Assembly (NCBI RefSeq): GCF_000150275.1
Contig: NW_002060964.1
Coordinates: forward strand, 787,115-851,114
Origin: Trichoplax adhaerens
Lineage: Eukaryota; Animalia; Placozoa
Length of the DNA: 64,000 nucleotides
Reading direction: 5' to 3'
Below are positions 51,830 through 64,000 of the stretch, in pieces; within the stretch, counting starts at the first letter, position 1; the number at the start of each line of letters is the position of its first letter. The notes under the pieces are model-generated. The model was not told the DNA's origin. It was given only the letters and a program-made list of their open reading frames with translations, and ran no database searches. The position numbers were made by a program, and so were the translations under genes.

Positions 51830-52900
51830 AGTCCGTTAAGACCAGCAATGTTCCACTTTGACAATTTTACGTCAGTATTTCACAACCTTGGGTCGCAACA
51901 AATTTACATGTAGGCCTATTGTAAAGAATTCGTCGATATCAGGATAGAATATGTACAGGTTAATCTGCTACATTGCAGGTAAAACCTGACAACAAGACCA
52001 AGATCTAGTACATTATTCTCTTTATTTTCGATTAATTTTACATACTATTCGCACGTTACGGGACTCCAATATTTTTACAGTTCATTGGTTGAAATAATTC
52101 AGATGGGCCTTGTAATCCTTTTCTTAATACTACCACAATTTTCAACATATCGATATCTAGAAGTAAGGCTGGCTAATCTACTGCCATGATGAGAATAAAT
52201 CTAGCAACGAGACCATGATCAACCTGATATTAACACTATTTTTGCTCGCTTTATATAATTTGATAGATTTGTACTACTTTTTTTTAAATCTACAAGTTGA
52301 CGGGCTTAAAATAAATAAATTCCGATAGGCTTTTAGTCCTTTCTGAACTGTAAATATTATCATTATTTTCAGCTTATTGGTATCTAGATGTAATGCAGCT
52401 AATCTGTTATATAGGTCGTGATAAATATTGCGACTAAACCAGTACAAATGGCACTAATCCATTCGCCTTATGCAATCTTCGAACGCGTGCTATGTACTGT
52501 AAATTGTTACAAGTCAACATGCTAGAAATAATTAAATTAATATAGGCCTTCTAATCTTTCCTAAATACTGAAGAATATTACAGCAAACCATTACATAGTA
52601 CGCTGTTCTGCTCGCCTTACCAACCTTCTATTCTCGTATTATCTATCACAAATTCTTGCGAGCTAACCTGCTTGAAATAACTCATATAAACCTTACAATC
52701 TTTTCCTAAATACTAAAGAATATTGCAGCAAGACCAGTGCTCGTTGCACTATTCCACTCGCCTTAGGCAATCCTCTAAGTTGCATTATGTACTATCAATT
52801 CTGGCGGTCAATTGCTTGAAATAACTCGTGTTGGCCTTATAATCTTTCCTAGATATTGCCCTAATTTCAATTTATCAACATCCAGATAAAATTTAGACAA
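51830..52900. repeat. Highly decayed repeat family in the long upstream KIF26 intron/intergenic region
   Basis: Recurrent gaaataa.tc...ggcctt.taatctttcctaaatact..agaatatt.cagcaa.acca and ctattc.(g/a)ctcgcctta motifs. Confidence 0.6.
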
Positions 52901-55900
52901 TCTCCAGCATTTATATGAAAAACGAACATACTATTTGGCTTAATTTTTGACATACTGTTTGTCTTACGCAATCTTATATAACTTAATTGAGTCAAAATGA
53001 ATTTGCATCGACAAAAGAAGGTCTACAAACGAATACTGTAGAGCAACTAAAAATTAAAGGCATCGCTCGCGTTTCAAGGCTCACTTACGAGTATCTTAAA
53101 TAAATGTCAGAAGACTATTTCCCGAATGCTATGATCGTTTTAAATCTATCCCCATTTTCTCCATTTAATGGCCTTAGGTCTACCAGCTGAATTTAAATCA
53201 ATCAACCCGGTACTTCACCATTGCCTGTCAACAGGAGAAATGGTTAATTTATCTACGCTCTACTTTTGTAGATTAATGTACTTGAAATCGATGTTATGTA
53301 CGTTACGTCTTAATCGTTTCTAATTGCTTCATAGAGGTTTAATTTTACTCGTATATGGCTACAGCACCATAAACTTAACGTTAAATAATGGACTTGTATG
53401 GTAAACGAATATTAAATCAAGCAGGTCTATAGTACCACGAAACGTTCACGTTCAACGATCTTAATTTTAACCACAATGCTAGATAATATAACTCGTATAA
53501 ATCTGACTTGAGTCTATACTTTGCTATAAGTGGTATGTGGCAAATAGTAGCCGTAATCTCGTTCAAAGAAAATAATGAGGAATGATGGATATGAAACAGG
53601 ATAAAATTCATAGAATTAATGAAAAGGAAGTCTGCCTATCACAAACTTATTATTTCAATTTTTTAAATTGAATTCGTCCCTTATTCTATAACCGATCAAA
53701 TTTTTTATAAATTGCCTATTCAATAATTCTAACTACAGTATCAATCAATATTTTACTCTTGATTTATTAATCATGATTATATTACTACATTACTAGTCCG
53801 AGAATAATATAATATCATCGATCGATCAAAATTCGATTATAGATCCAGTACTCTTCTTGCATAGCGATTACATTAAAGTAGACTAGTTGGTAGTAAACCT
53901 TACCTAAACTCATTAAAATGTTTACTACAATCCCTTAAGTTAGAAATAATTTTACTACAGGAGAAATATTCCATCGCCTGATCAATCTCTATCCCAACCT
54001 ACTCACTACCGATATAATAGTAAATCTACGCTTTCTGTTATTAGTTTTAAGGATAAAATCGTTCATTGTAAAAATGTACATTGGGTTTTGAAAAATTCGT
54101 ATAATAATCACTAAGCTATCGGATTGTTATCCACTCCTCTTCTCTCATCCTTATTGCTGAATTTTAAATAAAGTAGTTGTCTTGTTATTCTGCGGTATGC
54201 TAACTTGCTAATAACTAGGTTATAAATAATAATGATTTTATAGACATTAGCCCGTAATGCTAAACTATAAAGTAAACACAATATAAGAATTTATTTTTAT
54301 TTCCTGTAGAAATAATGAGAAGAACGATGATGCAGCTAAATATATACGATGACGAAGAAAATTGTATTAGAAATGATTATCAAATCACTTCTATCGTCAC
54401 AATGTTAAAAGTAAGACTGTTGTTTGTCATTACAAAGATTATAACGATATTGCATTTCATAACGGTGAGATTAGCTGTTCAGTAATTTCTGTGGTTGTGT
54501 AAAAATATCGTAGGAAAAAAATATACCCTATATTTAAAAACGTTGATAGACTTCACCTTTAAAATCAAAGAGCAATTTTTTATTCCTATTTCAAACGAAT
54601 TTGAAACCCTAGATAGAAGTGGGGCTACTTTTAAACTCAATGGCAATGGTTATCCAGTGCGTAAACTATAATCTAGGACAAGGTTGTGGCAAAAATGTAT
54701 AAAACTTTACTATAACAAGTCTGATTCACTTTGGACTCTGTTGTAATGTTATAAATTATTAATTGATCGATCTGCATTTTAATACTAAGGATATCGAGAA
54801 AATAAAATTGTATAGACTTACATGCTTTACATTTTAAACTTATCCATCAACTCGTCAAATAATTTCATCTTGATATCTATCATGGCTGCCAGTAAAATTA
54901 GTCGTCAAGTGATAATCAATATTATAAAAACACAGAGAATAGACTTTTTAATACTGCTATTATTCCGTTTAAGTTTTTCATTTTGTTGACGTCATGATTA
55001 CAATAATGACTTGAATTATATATGCCTAATCGATGATGGCAGCATATGCGGATAAAGAATTCTATGGGAAATACTTCATTTTGCATTAATAGTGTGGTAG
55101 TATTACTTTCTACTACTGGTTGCTGCAGGAACTTAACAATAACAATCCCATTTTCATAAAGTTTTTAAGGAGTTATATAACTTTAGAAAGGATCATAATA
55201 TCAAATATTTTGTGGGTATAGTGTTTACATGATGTAAATAGAATTAAATAAAATGGTATTGCCGTAATTGAACTATTTTTTTTACCTGGAGGCATTATCA
55301 ATCGATACGAAACGATTTGATGATAGTTATTTTAATTGTACACGGTTTCTTTTCAAAAAAAATGAAGGCCATTTTCACCAAGAAACTATCTTGAGTCACA
55401 TAGACTGATTTCTATTTATCCAGTAAGTAGTCATAGTTTCATCGATACTTAGCTCCTAGGAAGTTTAAATTAAATCATCGAAACAGACTGCGAATATTAT
55501 AACATCTTGATATGATTGTCTGCTATCACGATAAATTGAAAACATGTACATTTAATACTGTTAAACTACTGTCAATTCAGTCATATCTTTGATTCAAATT
55601 TTGCCACGAAACTTTATAATCCCGTGATATCATTCGAAAAGCGTGAAAATTTTTAGTACCGGTTGAAACATTGTCTTAATGCAAGAAATTTTCACTCAAG
55701 ACCAATCAATAGAAATAATAAGAATATGCTAGGTATTGCCTTATTATTTTCATCGGCGCTATCATGATACTGATTTTGTAGATCATAGTTTGGTAGTCAA
55801 ATTAATTGCTTTATTCTCATCATTACATCTATAATTTGATCTTGCTATACTTTGCCTTTAGTGATCAGTGTTGATTAACTTTAACTTTGCTTCTTTCCAT

Positions 55901-56169
55901 CAGCAAATATATATCAGCAGACAATAGATAATCGATTTATTTCTACGGGTAAATGCTAGTTAGTGTTGATATTGCGGACATTAGGTGACAACAGCCTCTT
56001 TTTCATGGTTCAATTGTAATGCAGTTCGTAAAAGAAAGTAAAATCAAAGGCAAATTTGTCATCCATTCAATTCCATAGAGTCTGGTTAATAATAAATCAG
56101 TAAGAAACAAGATGCAAGCACCGAATTTCCTTTTAATTTATTTCATAAAGCTACCGATTGAGAATATAA

Positions 56170-56480
56170 CTGCGAAAAATGTCTTCTTGCTGACGTAAAT
56201 TGATCAAAGAGAGGTTTATTAGTATTACTGTAGAAGTAGGCCTGCGAAAAAATCTATATTACTCGTATTATCGATATAAATGGATTGAGCAGAGGTCTAC
56301 TAATACTACATGCAGGTCTGCCAAAAATTTCATTATTTCTGATACAAACGCATTGAGAAAAGAAATTTATTATCACTAAATGTGAGACTGCGGAAAACTT
56401 CATATTATCAATTAGATTGATTGAAAAAGAAGCTTATTATCATTAGACGCGGGCGGTTCCTTACAAAGCTTTTTATTGTA
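56170..56480. repeat. Short decayed repeat, about 65-70 bp unit, 4-5 copies
   Basis: Recurrent attga....aga.g.ttatt....ctgc(g/c)(g/a)aaaa..tt.atatta motifs. Confidence 0.5.
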
Positions 56481-57570
56481 GGAAAGAATTTCGTCATAAA
56501 CCGGATATCTTTAATTTTTGACTAATGTTTTCGGTTCAATTAAAGCAAGGATGGTAACCAATTATGCTGCATTCATCCAGAGTAAATACTACGTAAGACT
56601 ATCATGAAAGAAAGCCTATAGAAGTATGAAAAGGGTAAGTCGTATAGATGAATCATAATTTTATGACTATTTATTATCATGGCTTTGTTAACCCAAATTG
56701 CAGGTCTAAGGATAAAAATTATATAGAATCTTATAAATAGGGTGGAAATAAACATTATAAAAGGAAATACCGGTAGTTTGATGTATATTGATGGCAGATA
56801 GTCAAATAACCACCCTTTAGGAGTAATTAAATATGAACCTATATCTGCTTCACCAAGTACTACTTTCGTTATTATGAGTCAACGTTGAAACAAAAAGTTT
56901 ATCCTATAAGTTGCATACAAGCTCTCATGCAGTTTGGAATTTTGTATTGGTATTGAACTTACAAAGATACTTAAGAATTAGAGTGGCCATCTCTAACAAC
57001 AAACCTCTCTAGTGGTTTCTTCGAAATTAATATTTTATCATCATTAACCTAAAGTAGTATAAGTACGGTAGTAATTCTTGTATCTTATAATATAGGCCCT
57101 GCCCATTTAAGCCAAACCTATTGGAATAAATATCATATCATTATCAAATCTAGATTCCCTGTGTGAAAATTAAATAGGATATCACTTTTATGATATCTTC
57201 TTATTGCTTTTGTCAACTGTCTCTCAGGTGGCATTCTATTCTAGCTGAAAGCCTAATTGGAATTACTCTTTAATGATAGCTAGTAGGGATAATAGATTCA
57301 AGATTTAAATATAATTCAAGGACAGATCGATAGTCTTCTAATCTAACTAAAATAAGATAATCAATCATTGCTATTTTTAAAATCGCTTAGAGCATGATTG
57401 ATTTATGTATATGGGCAGTTGGAAAAAGTACTAAACCATAAAGATAATCTTTTAACGGCGATTATGAACAGAAATGAAGCTATTTGGATTACAGTTGTTT
57501 AAAATTGAAATAGCTTATAAAACACTAGGAGAATGGGCGCAAGTTTCATCTTATATCAGAGCCAACAAAC

Positions 57571-57712
57571 CTGAAGCTTTTTCAACCCTAACCGAATCCA
57601 GTACTTTTAATATACTTTGCTCTAGAGTAGCATTGGGTTTACCAGTTAGATCCTTTAATTTTCCAATCATTTCTATACATTCATCCTTGATTTTATTAAA
57701 CTTTGGATCCAT
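57571..57712 (-). CDS. Putative distal first coding exon of the KIF26-like gene (MDPKFNKIKDECIEMIGKLKDLTGKPNATLEQSILKVLDSVRVEKAS)
   Basis: ATG at 57712 with an upstream in-frame stop and a donor CAG|gtttgt at 57571 (phase 1). It links in phase to the acceptor at 49360 through a 28-nt candidate exon at 50283-50310. FNKIKDECIEMI resembles the LNQLKQEAIQMV helix recalled from the vertebrate KIF26B N-terminus. Confidence 0.55.
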
Positions 57713-60700
57713 TCTAGTGTCAAAATAGTTTTCTTACTTGCTATATGATCATCCTAGATAGAGGAATGAATAAAAGCAATTAATAGAAAAGCGTTAGTAC
57801 AGTTTTTATTTCAGGCATGTCATTTGTACAGTACTTTTCCTCTATTTTGCCGGCCATTAAGTTTGTATGGCAACAATTTCAAGTGCAAGAACTCAATCAA
57901 TGATATCAAGCCTAGCGGCATTGCTTCACCTAACTAAATATTTCTGTACAAGTAAACCACCACAAAACTTGGCAAATAATAGCCATGCTATCGCATTATC
58001 TCCTAAGAACTTAATCTAATGTATAGAGAATCAATTTTATTCACATTATTCCTTATTGTCATTTCAAATAGCTGTCATATAGAAACGAAGTAAACAGCCT
58101 TTCGACAGCCGTTAATGACTTGTATGTCAGTTGAGAAAGAAGTCATAGTCTATTATTAGTACTGCTAAATTACCATGTAACCATTTTACTTTTAAAATGA
58201 GATAAACAGTCAAGTTTAGGAATCCGCTAAGAAATAGTGAACTTTTCTTGCGTACAGATAAATCATAACGTTAGTTTCGAAATTCGCTAAAATACACCAG
58301 GGAGATCCAACCATTTTGGAGGGCAGCAAGCCAACGATCATTTGTAATATACATGAATGATCTAATCCATTAGCAATTTGTAGGCGAACTTGAATTAATC
58401 AAATACCCATCTATCCTAAATCTGATACAATCCTATCTGTCCTTTATTCTACTCTATTTTCTTAATGAGATTTTTGACTGCCTTACAGACAAATAAGAAT
58501 AAAAGATTTGCTGCCATATCTATACTTCAAATGATCTCTTCCAAACGGGTGTAATTTGTCATAAATAAATACAGAAGTAGGAAAATATTTCGCGGTATAG
58601 AAATCATGATGGGACACGAAACTGTGGGAACTATACTAGTATCTTGGATAATATCAAGGTTCTCTAAAATTATGAAAAGTAGATTCTACTGCTGCAAATA
58701 ATAAGGTACATTTCTAGATATAGGAATTAATCATGATCTATGAAAGATGGCTGCCGTGATAATATTGCCAACACGAATGAAAGCACTGCTTTTTCAATAT
58801 TATTGTAATTGATCGGAGAGCGTATAGCATTTTATTTACGATCATTATTTCCTCATCAATAGCTGTAATTCGCACAGTTTCTATTTCATTTTAATTGTAT
58901 TCTGTGCTCATATTAAAGTTTCAATCCATTCTAAATGAAATAAAAATCAACTAATCTGTCCACTGTTACGTACAATTATAAACCAGCTTACAGTATATTA
59001 TGGGAGTCAACTAATATAGAAAGGCACAACGTTTAGCAATCATGCTGAAATAATCAATCATGTAATAATAAAAGTACTTACCACCATCTATCAAAGAATT
59101 TTTCAATCTTTCGCCAATTTTCTACCATAGATATCAAGTTTACAACATTCAGTCCATACTACGACAAGAAATGACTCATTTAAGTATGGAAATGACCTAA
59201 TAAATAGTATACGCCTCGATTAATTTCCAGGTATTTCTTTCTTATTGATACTATCGAAAGCAAATCTTTTGAGTCTAAAATAGAAATGGAAAGGCTATTT
59301 TATATTGAAAACGTAACGCTACTTAAATATTAATGCAAATATGATAATAAATCTAATAAATCTTGGCATTAATTAGATCTCAATGACTACAGCCATGGCC
59401 ATCATGACAATTTAGAAAGGAAAACAAAGCAGCAATTGACGAGGTATTGTTCAATTTCTTGTTATGTAAATGCATTACCTGTAGAAAATTTATTTTTATT
59501 CTCCTTGTATCGATAGTTTGGTATTGTTGTTGTGCTGCATATAACAAAAAAAAAGTTTTTGAACACTTGGTCTAGTTCACATCATCGTTTTCCTAATCAA
59601 TTTATCTTTTTGGATGTTTATATGTAGCCTATAAATAATTAATCAATATCGAATGAAGCAATACAACAGTCAAAATTGAGTATCATTAATAGGGTATTTT
59701 ATTTGCCAAAAAGCTATTGCTTTACTTGAATAGTAGATGAACCTTTGATTACAAATCAGTAAATAAATGAATAGATGCTACAAAAATATTCCATTCCAAA
59801 GTTATTCTCCATTCATAAACGAGCCTATCGATTAATTGATGTTTTCACAGTTAAGATATGGATGCCTGCCTAATATTACCCTGGAGATCTTGTTTACAGT
59901 TTTTGTTCCATGTTTTAATGTCCAACTTGTGGTTCTGTAAGAACGACATTGCGCCAGTGTTATACAGTAGTGAATTTTCTTTATAGTTTTAGTCATCATC
60001 TTATACGTATAGGTTGTTTCTTCAAAATAATAGCTTGTTACAGTTACAAAAAAAGATTCATTAATAAAAAAAGATGTTAATCAACGATTGTGTTTTGTGT
60101 AAAATTTGAACTATAAAGCTATACTCGACTTGATATAACTTGTACAATGTCGCTGTTAAATTAGCAAGTAGATGTGATTTGTTGTTACAGAAAATTAAGT
60201 TCAAAAGTTTATTTTAATTCTAATTGCTTGCTTTTAAATCGATCAAGCCATCAAGGTTATTACAATTGAATAAGTATTCATAAAAACTGCACTCAAAAAT
60301 TTCTCATAAGGACCCTTTCCTTGACTGTATCTATCACCCACTCACTTTCTAAAGAGCCATATTTGCTGATTATAGCAACGCCCGTGCTATCCCTATTCAA
60401 ATTAATTAATTAATCCATCGCTCATTAATTTAAGACTCTATAAAAATGAAATAAAACATCGATATTAGTTAATAAGTTTAGGGAGTCATAATGAGAAAAT
60501 AATGACTATTTTATGATCCTGTATTCAATGAAATAGGTCACGACTCATTCTATTCTTTGACTCAACGAGATGAGAACCAAAATAGTATCGATAGCTAGTT
60601 GAAATTTTCAAAAAGTTTCACAAGCATTTCGTATGCAAACTTTGACCTATTTTATGCCGATTATCCTTGTACTATAGCGGGCATGCATTCTTTGCTATAG

Positions 60701-62445
60701 CACCGTAGGACTCGACGCAGGATATAGCACTCCTACCAGATAGAATATTCCTCTATCTCCTACACTGGCTAATTGTGAGGCTACTCGATGGACATTAGAC
60801 TAAAGCAAAACATCTTACTCTCTAACTTAATCCTGGATTTATCCCTTTAAAGATAGTTGCCTTCCTGAACGGTATTTATGAATTTTTTTTTTACAGTATA
60901 TAATTAAACTACAGGTTTCATCCAAGCAACTCCCACTGAATGCACCTTACAGTAGACAACCGTACTTCAATCAATAGAGAATTAAGTGCAATATCCAATC
61001 TTATCATGCAGCGTAGCAGCCAAACCGTTGGCTAGTTGAATACTAAATATTGCATCCATTCTATTCAATATTTTAATGCATTATCACTCTGTAGAAACGA
61101 GTGATCCAGTATGGATGGTTTAAGCATGATGGACATTGCATAAGCACCATCCAACGCTAAAAATTCAAACGAATCATTTCCGCTTGCCCAAGTAGAATAA
61201 CTGTTGTTGGGATACGTTTGCGTCCACTCTTCGTTCTCGTTGTACGCAATCGAACTCCCCTTCTAATTGATCTTCAATATGAAAAGACTATACTATGCAT
61301 AAGATGCGAAAGAGATAGGCTACAATCCTAGTCTTCAAATGTAACACATTATCGTGCAATAACGCTAATCAATTTGTATCAGTGCGATTGTTATTATGTA
61401 TTGAATCCATCGGGCTTGCGAGCGCAGACATATCGATCCTCACCCCCAATAGGTCTGTCTGTAGATGTGTTACGATGCGTAAGCTGGTTGCAAAATTATT
61501 GAGTAATATTCAATATTGTTTGTGTGGGTTGACGTTTTATTCATGATCATTTCTTGCTATTATCTGTTCAGTCTTTGATTAATATGATAATGTAGTTATT
61601 AAATTGTCAAGATTTCTTCAGTAATAAATATTAGTCCATTCTCGGACTACCTCGTCTAAACAATCAGTGACGCTCTAACTATACTTTAGTATGCGGTCGT
61701 TGCAAGTGATCTATTTCGGATGATATAGCTAGACCTGACAATCATATAGCTAATCTCGTCTCTTGAAGTCAGTAAGAGGCGTTTTTGGTTAGCGTTGGCA
61801 TGTGTAGACTAACTTTGTCACTGGTGGTGTGTGACAAGATGCCTCCGTCGATGGAGGAGGTTGTTGAAGATCTATTACAGGTGTTTCAGTAGAGGCGATC
61901 AAACCAACACAACGATTAAATACTTTATCAAGAATGGATGATCAAGACGAAGCGCATTATGGCGATACTATCCCTCTTGACTACCTTACTGTAGGTCAAT
62001 GGATGACTGTACCGTACAGTTCTATCTCTTGTAATCGCAATACCGCAGTCTAACATCATCCTAACATCATGCTCGATTTTGGTGAGAAACTTGCTATCGC
62101 ACTTCAGGGCAGAATCTTACTTAGCCATGGAAGTGAAAACGCCTATCGTGCGATAGCAGGCCGTTTCAATCCATTAGGACTAGTTTGGACGTTGTACTGA
62201 GTGTGAACCAGTTCGAATTAGATTACTTTAAGGTGCCCTAAAATCACGAGAGTGAATCAAAATGTAATAAAAATTATTATTATACGAATATAAAGCTGAA
62301 TAACTTCAACAGAAATTTAACTGCGGATTCGAAATCTTTAACTAATACACTATTGTTTGAATTATTTTTTATATGATTTGATCTATATTAAAGCATTTAA
62401 GCATTTACAATACTTAATTAATAATCTTGAACGAAAAAGATCACG

Positions 62446-62840
62446 CTTGTACTGTACAGTACAGTACAGTACAGTACAGATATTTAAGTTTACAGTACTC
62501 AATTCCTAGACAAACAAAGTACTGTAGTTTTGACTACACTGTACAGTACTGTACAGTACAGTACAGTACTGTACCGTACATTTACAAGTGTACTGTACAC
62601 TGTACAGTGTACAGTACTGTACAGTACGACACTGCTAAGTTACAAAACGATCCGTTACTATTACTGTACTGTACAGCTAGAATCTTATGATACAGTATAA
62701 AATCCATACAGTGTACAGTACTGTACTGTACACTGTACGTGCAGCACGTGATCCATGGATCTCTCAGTCACCTGACTCACGCCCGCCATTGATCATACAG
62801 GACAATGTACTATACTGTACCTACCAGTGTACTGTACAGA
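62446..62840. repeat. TACTG/CAGTA and TGTACA microsatellite upstream of RPS29
   Basis: actgtacagtacagtacagtacagtacag, actgtacagtactgtacagtacagtacagtactgtac and similar runs. Confidence 0.9.
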
Positions 62841-62973
62841 CTTGAAAGGTTTTCTTGGAGATGAGAACTGTGTAGACGAAACGCATGCGTCATGACAACC
62901 AACCCAAGTGATATCCCAGAATGCTGCAGTGCTACCATGAACAAGACAAGACTAGCGGCCAACGTGCGTTTCG

Positions 62974-62981
62974 TTCTTTTC
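62974..62981 (+). promoter_or_regulatory. TCT initiator / 5'TOP pyrimidine tract of RPS29 (predicted TSS at C62976)
   Basis: TTCTTTTC matches YYC(+1)TTTYY, 42 nt upstream of the RPS29 ATG. This element is typical of metazoan ribosomal protein genes. Confidence 0.65.
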
Positions 62982-63017
62982 GTTGGACTACAAATTGGCA
63001 AGAAGACGAATTAAGCC

Positions 63018-64000
63018 ATGAGTCACACAAAAGTTTGGTATAGCCATCCTAGGAAATTTGGCCCTGGTTCGAGAGGCTGGTAAGTCTTGAAATGATTGCT
63101 TAATGTATAGAGATTACGTCTTTCTATCGAAAATCAGAACTACAGGCATGTCAGGCTAGTCATTAAATCAATCGATCATGAACAGAGTTCTACTGTTTGG
63201 ACAGTATTCATGGCGTCATGACTAGAGGAGAATCATGACGATGATGCACCACATGCAAAGTCTTTTAATGTCACAGTCATAGCCACCACGATTCAATAAG
63301 TTGACTTTCAAAGAGTGCAGTGCTATACTACTTTTAGAACGGAACGAACTTTAAAATGGATGTTTTGTCTTCGTACAATCTAAGTACGGAGTCAACACAG
63401 TTTGCGTTAGCCTAACCTTGTGTACTGGCGTCTTGATAGACCGTGGTATGTACTATAAATAGAAAAGAATCATCTACCATTCGACAGCCCTGCCTGCCAA
63501 AATTGAATACTATACTGTATATGCGGATGCTGTAGTATTTAAATGACTGGCAAGAGAGTGAATTTTTGATTACGGCTGCTATTTCCCTCTTTCAAGTGAA
63601 GTGACTTCATCGTACTTATAGATATAAACTGCCGTTTATTATAGACTTGAGTGACTTCACGTTATGACAGCAGTAGTTATAGTACTAACTCAAACTCTCG
63701 AAGGAATGCTCGACAATCATGTACTTTCTGTTCTTTCATCGATGGCATTTGCACATGTATCAGTTGTTGACATAAAATCTTGTGATAACTGTGAGAGTAC
63801 TCATCTTAAAGCATACATTGTCTCTCTACCCTGCCAATCAGTGATATTCTTCATGACCCGCTAACTATTGCGAAAATGACTACTAATTCTCGCTAATCAC
63901 GAATTCTAAAGTCATTTATTTCGCCCTCCATTTCTGCAAATTCGCTATTGAACTCATGTGTTATAAATTCTCTTTCCTTGCAGTCGTGTAACTGGCTATC
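63018..64000 (+). CDS. RPS29: 40S ribosomal protein S29 (uS14), 5' part; exon 1 63018-63079, intron 63080-63983, exon 2 63984->64000
   Basis: ATG AGT CAC ACA AAA GTT TGG TAT AGC CAT CCT AGG AAA TTT GGC CCT GGT TCG AGA GGC TG|gtaagt ... ttccttgcag|T CGT GTA ACT GGC TAT gives [26 protein letters not shown]. This matches the RPS29 signature SHPRKFGxGSRxCRV. Confidence 0.95.

Noticed and set aside
62427-62690. ORFs rich in TVQYS/YCT (62427-62690, 38680-38973, 39081-39323)
   Set aside because: They are translations of the TACTG/CAGTA microsatellite.
62938-63014. Short upstream ORF MNKTRLAANVRFVLFVGLQIGKKTN before RPS29
   Set aside because: Its ATG lies upstream of the predicted TCT initiator (62976), so it is probably not in the mRNA.
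63559-63569. Sm-site-like AATTTTTGA suggesting an snRNA or SL RNA gene
   Set aside because: The flanks do not resemble U1/U2/U4/U5/U11/U12, and the motif is common by chance in AT-rich DNA. It is kept only as a note in the intronic hairpin finding.

Overview
AT-rich, intron-containing animal genomic DNA with many short GT-AG introns of about 70-200 nt. The compact gene style and TACTG/CAGTA microsatellites suggest an early-branching metazoan such as the placozoan Trichoplax (inference only). Four protein-coding loci were reconstructed by hand from splice sites and reading-frame phase. (1) A giant nesprin-1/SYNE1/Msp300-like gene on the minus strand (ATG 21361, running off the left edge) has tandem N-terminal CH domains, many spectrin repeats and a single 13.1-kb exon. 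That exon contains a ~3-kb coding tandem repeat (84-bp unit, 168-bp higher-order unit) with one frameshift. (2) A MOCS1 locus on the minus strand encodes MOCS1A/MoaA ending in GG-stop, followed by a MOCS1B/MoaC exon reachable by stop-skipping splicing. (3) A KIF26/kinesin-11-like gene on the minus strand has degenerate switch motifs and a long disordered tail. (4) The 5' part of RPS29 (uS14) lies on the plus strand, is missed by the ORF track, has a TCT/TOP initiator, and reads CRVTG where zinc-binding CxxC is expected. The 22-33 kb intergenic block and the large introns are mosaics of locally amplified, decayed non-coding tandem repeats. No tRNA, rRNA, CRISPR array or transposase was recognised.
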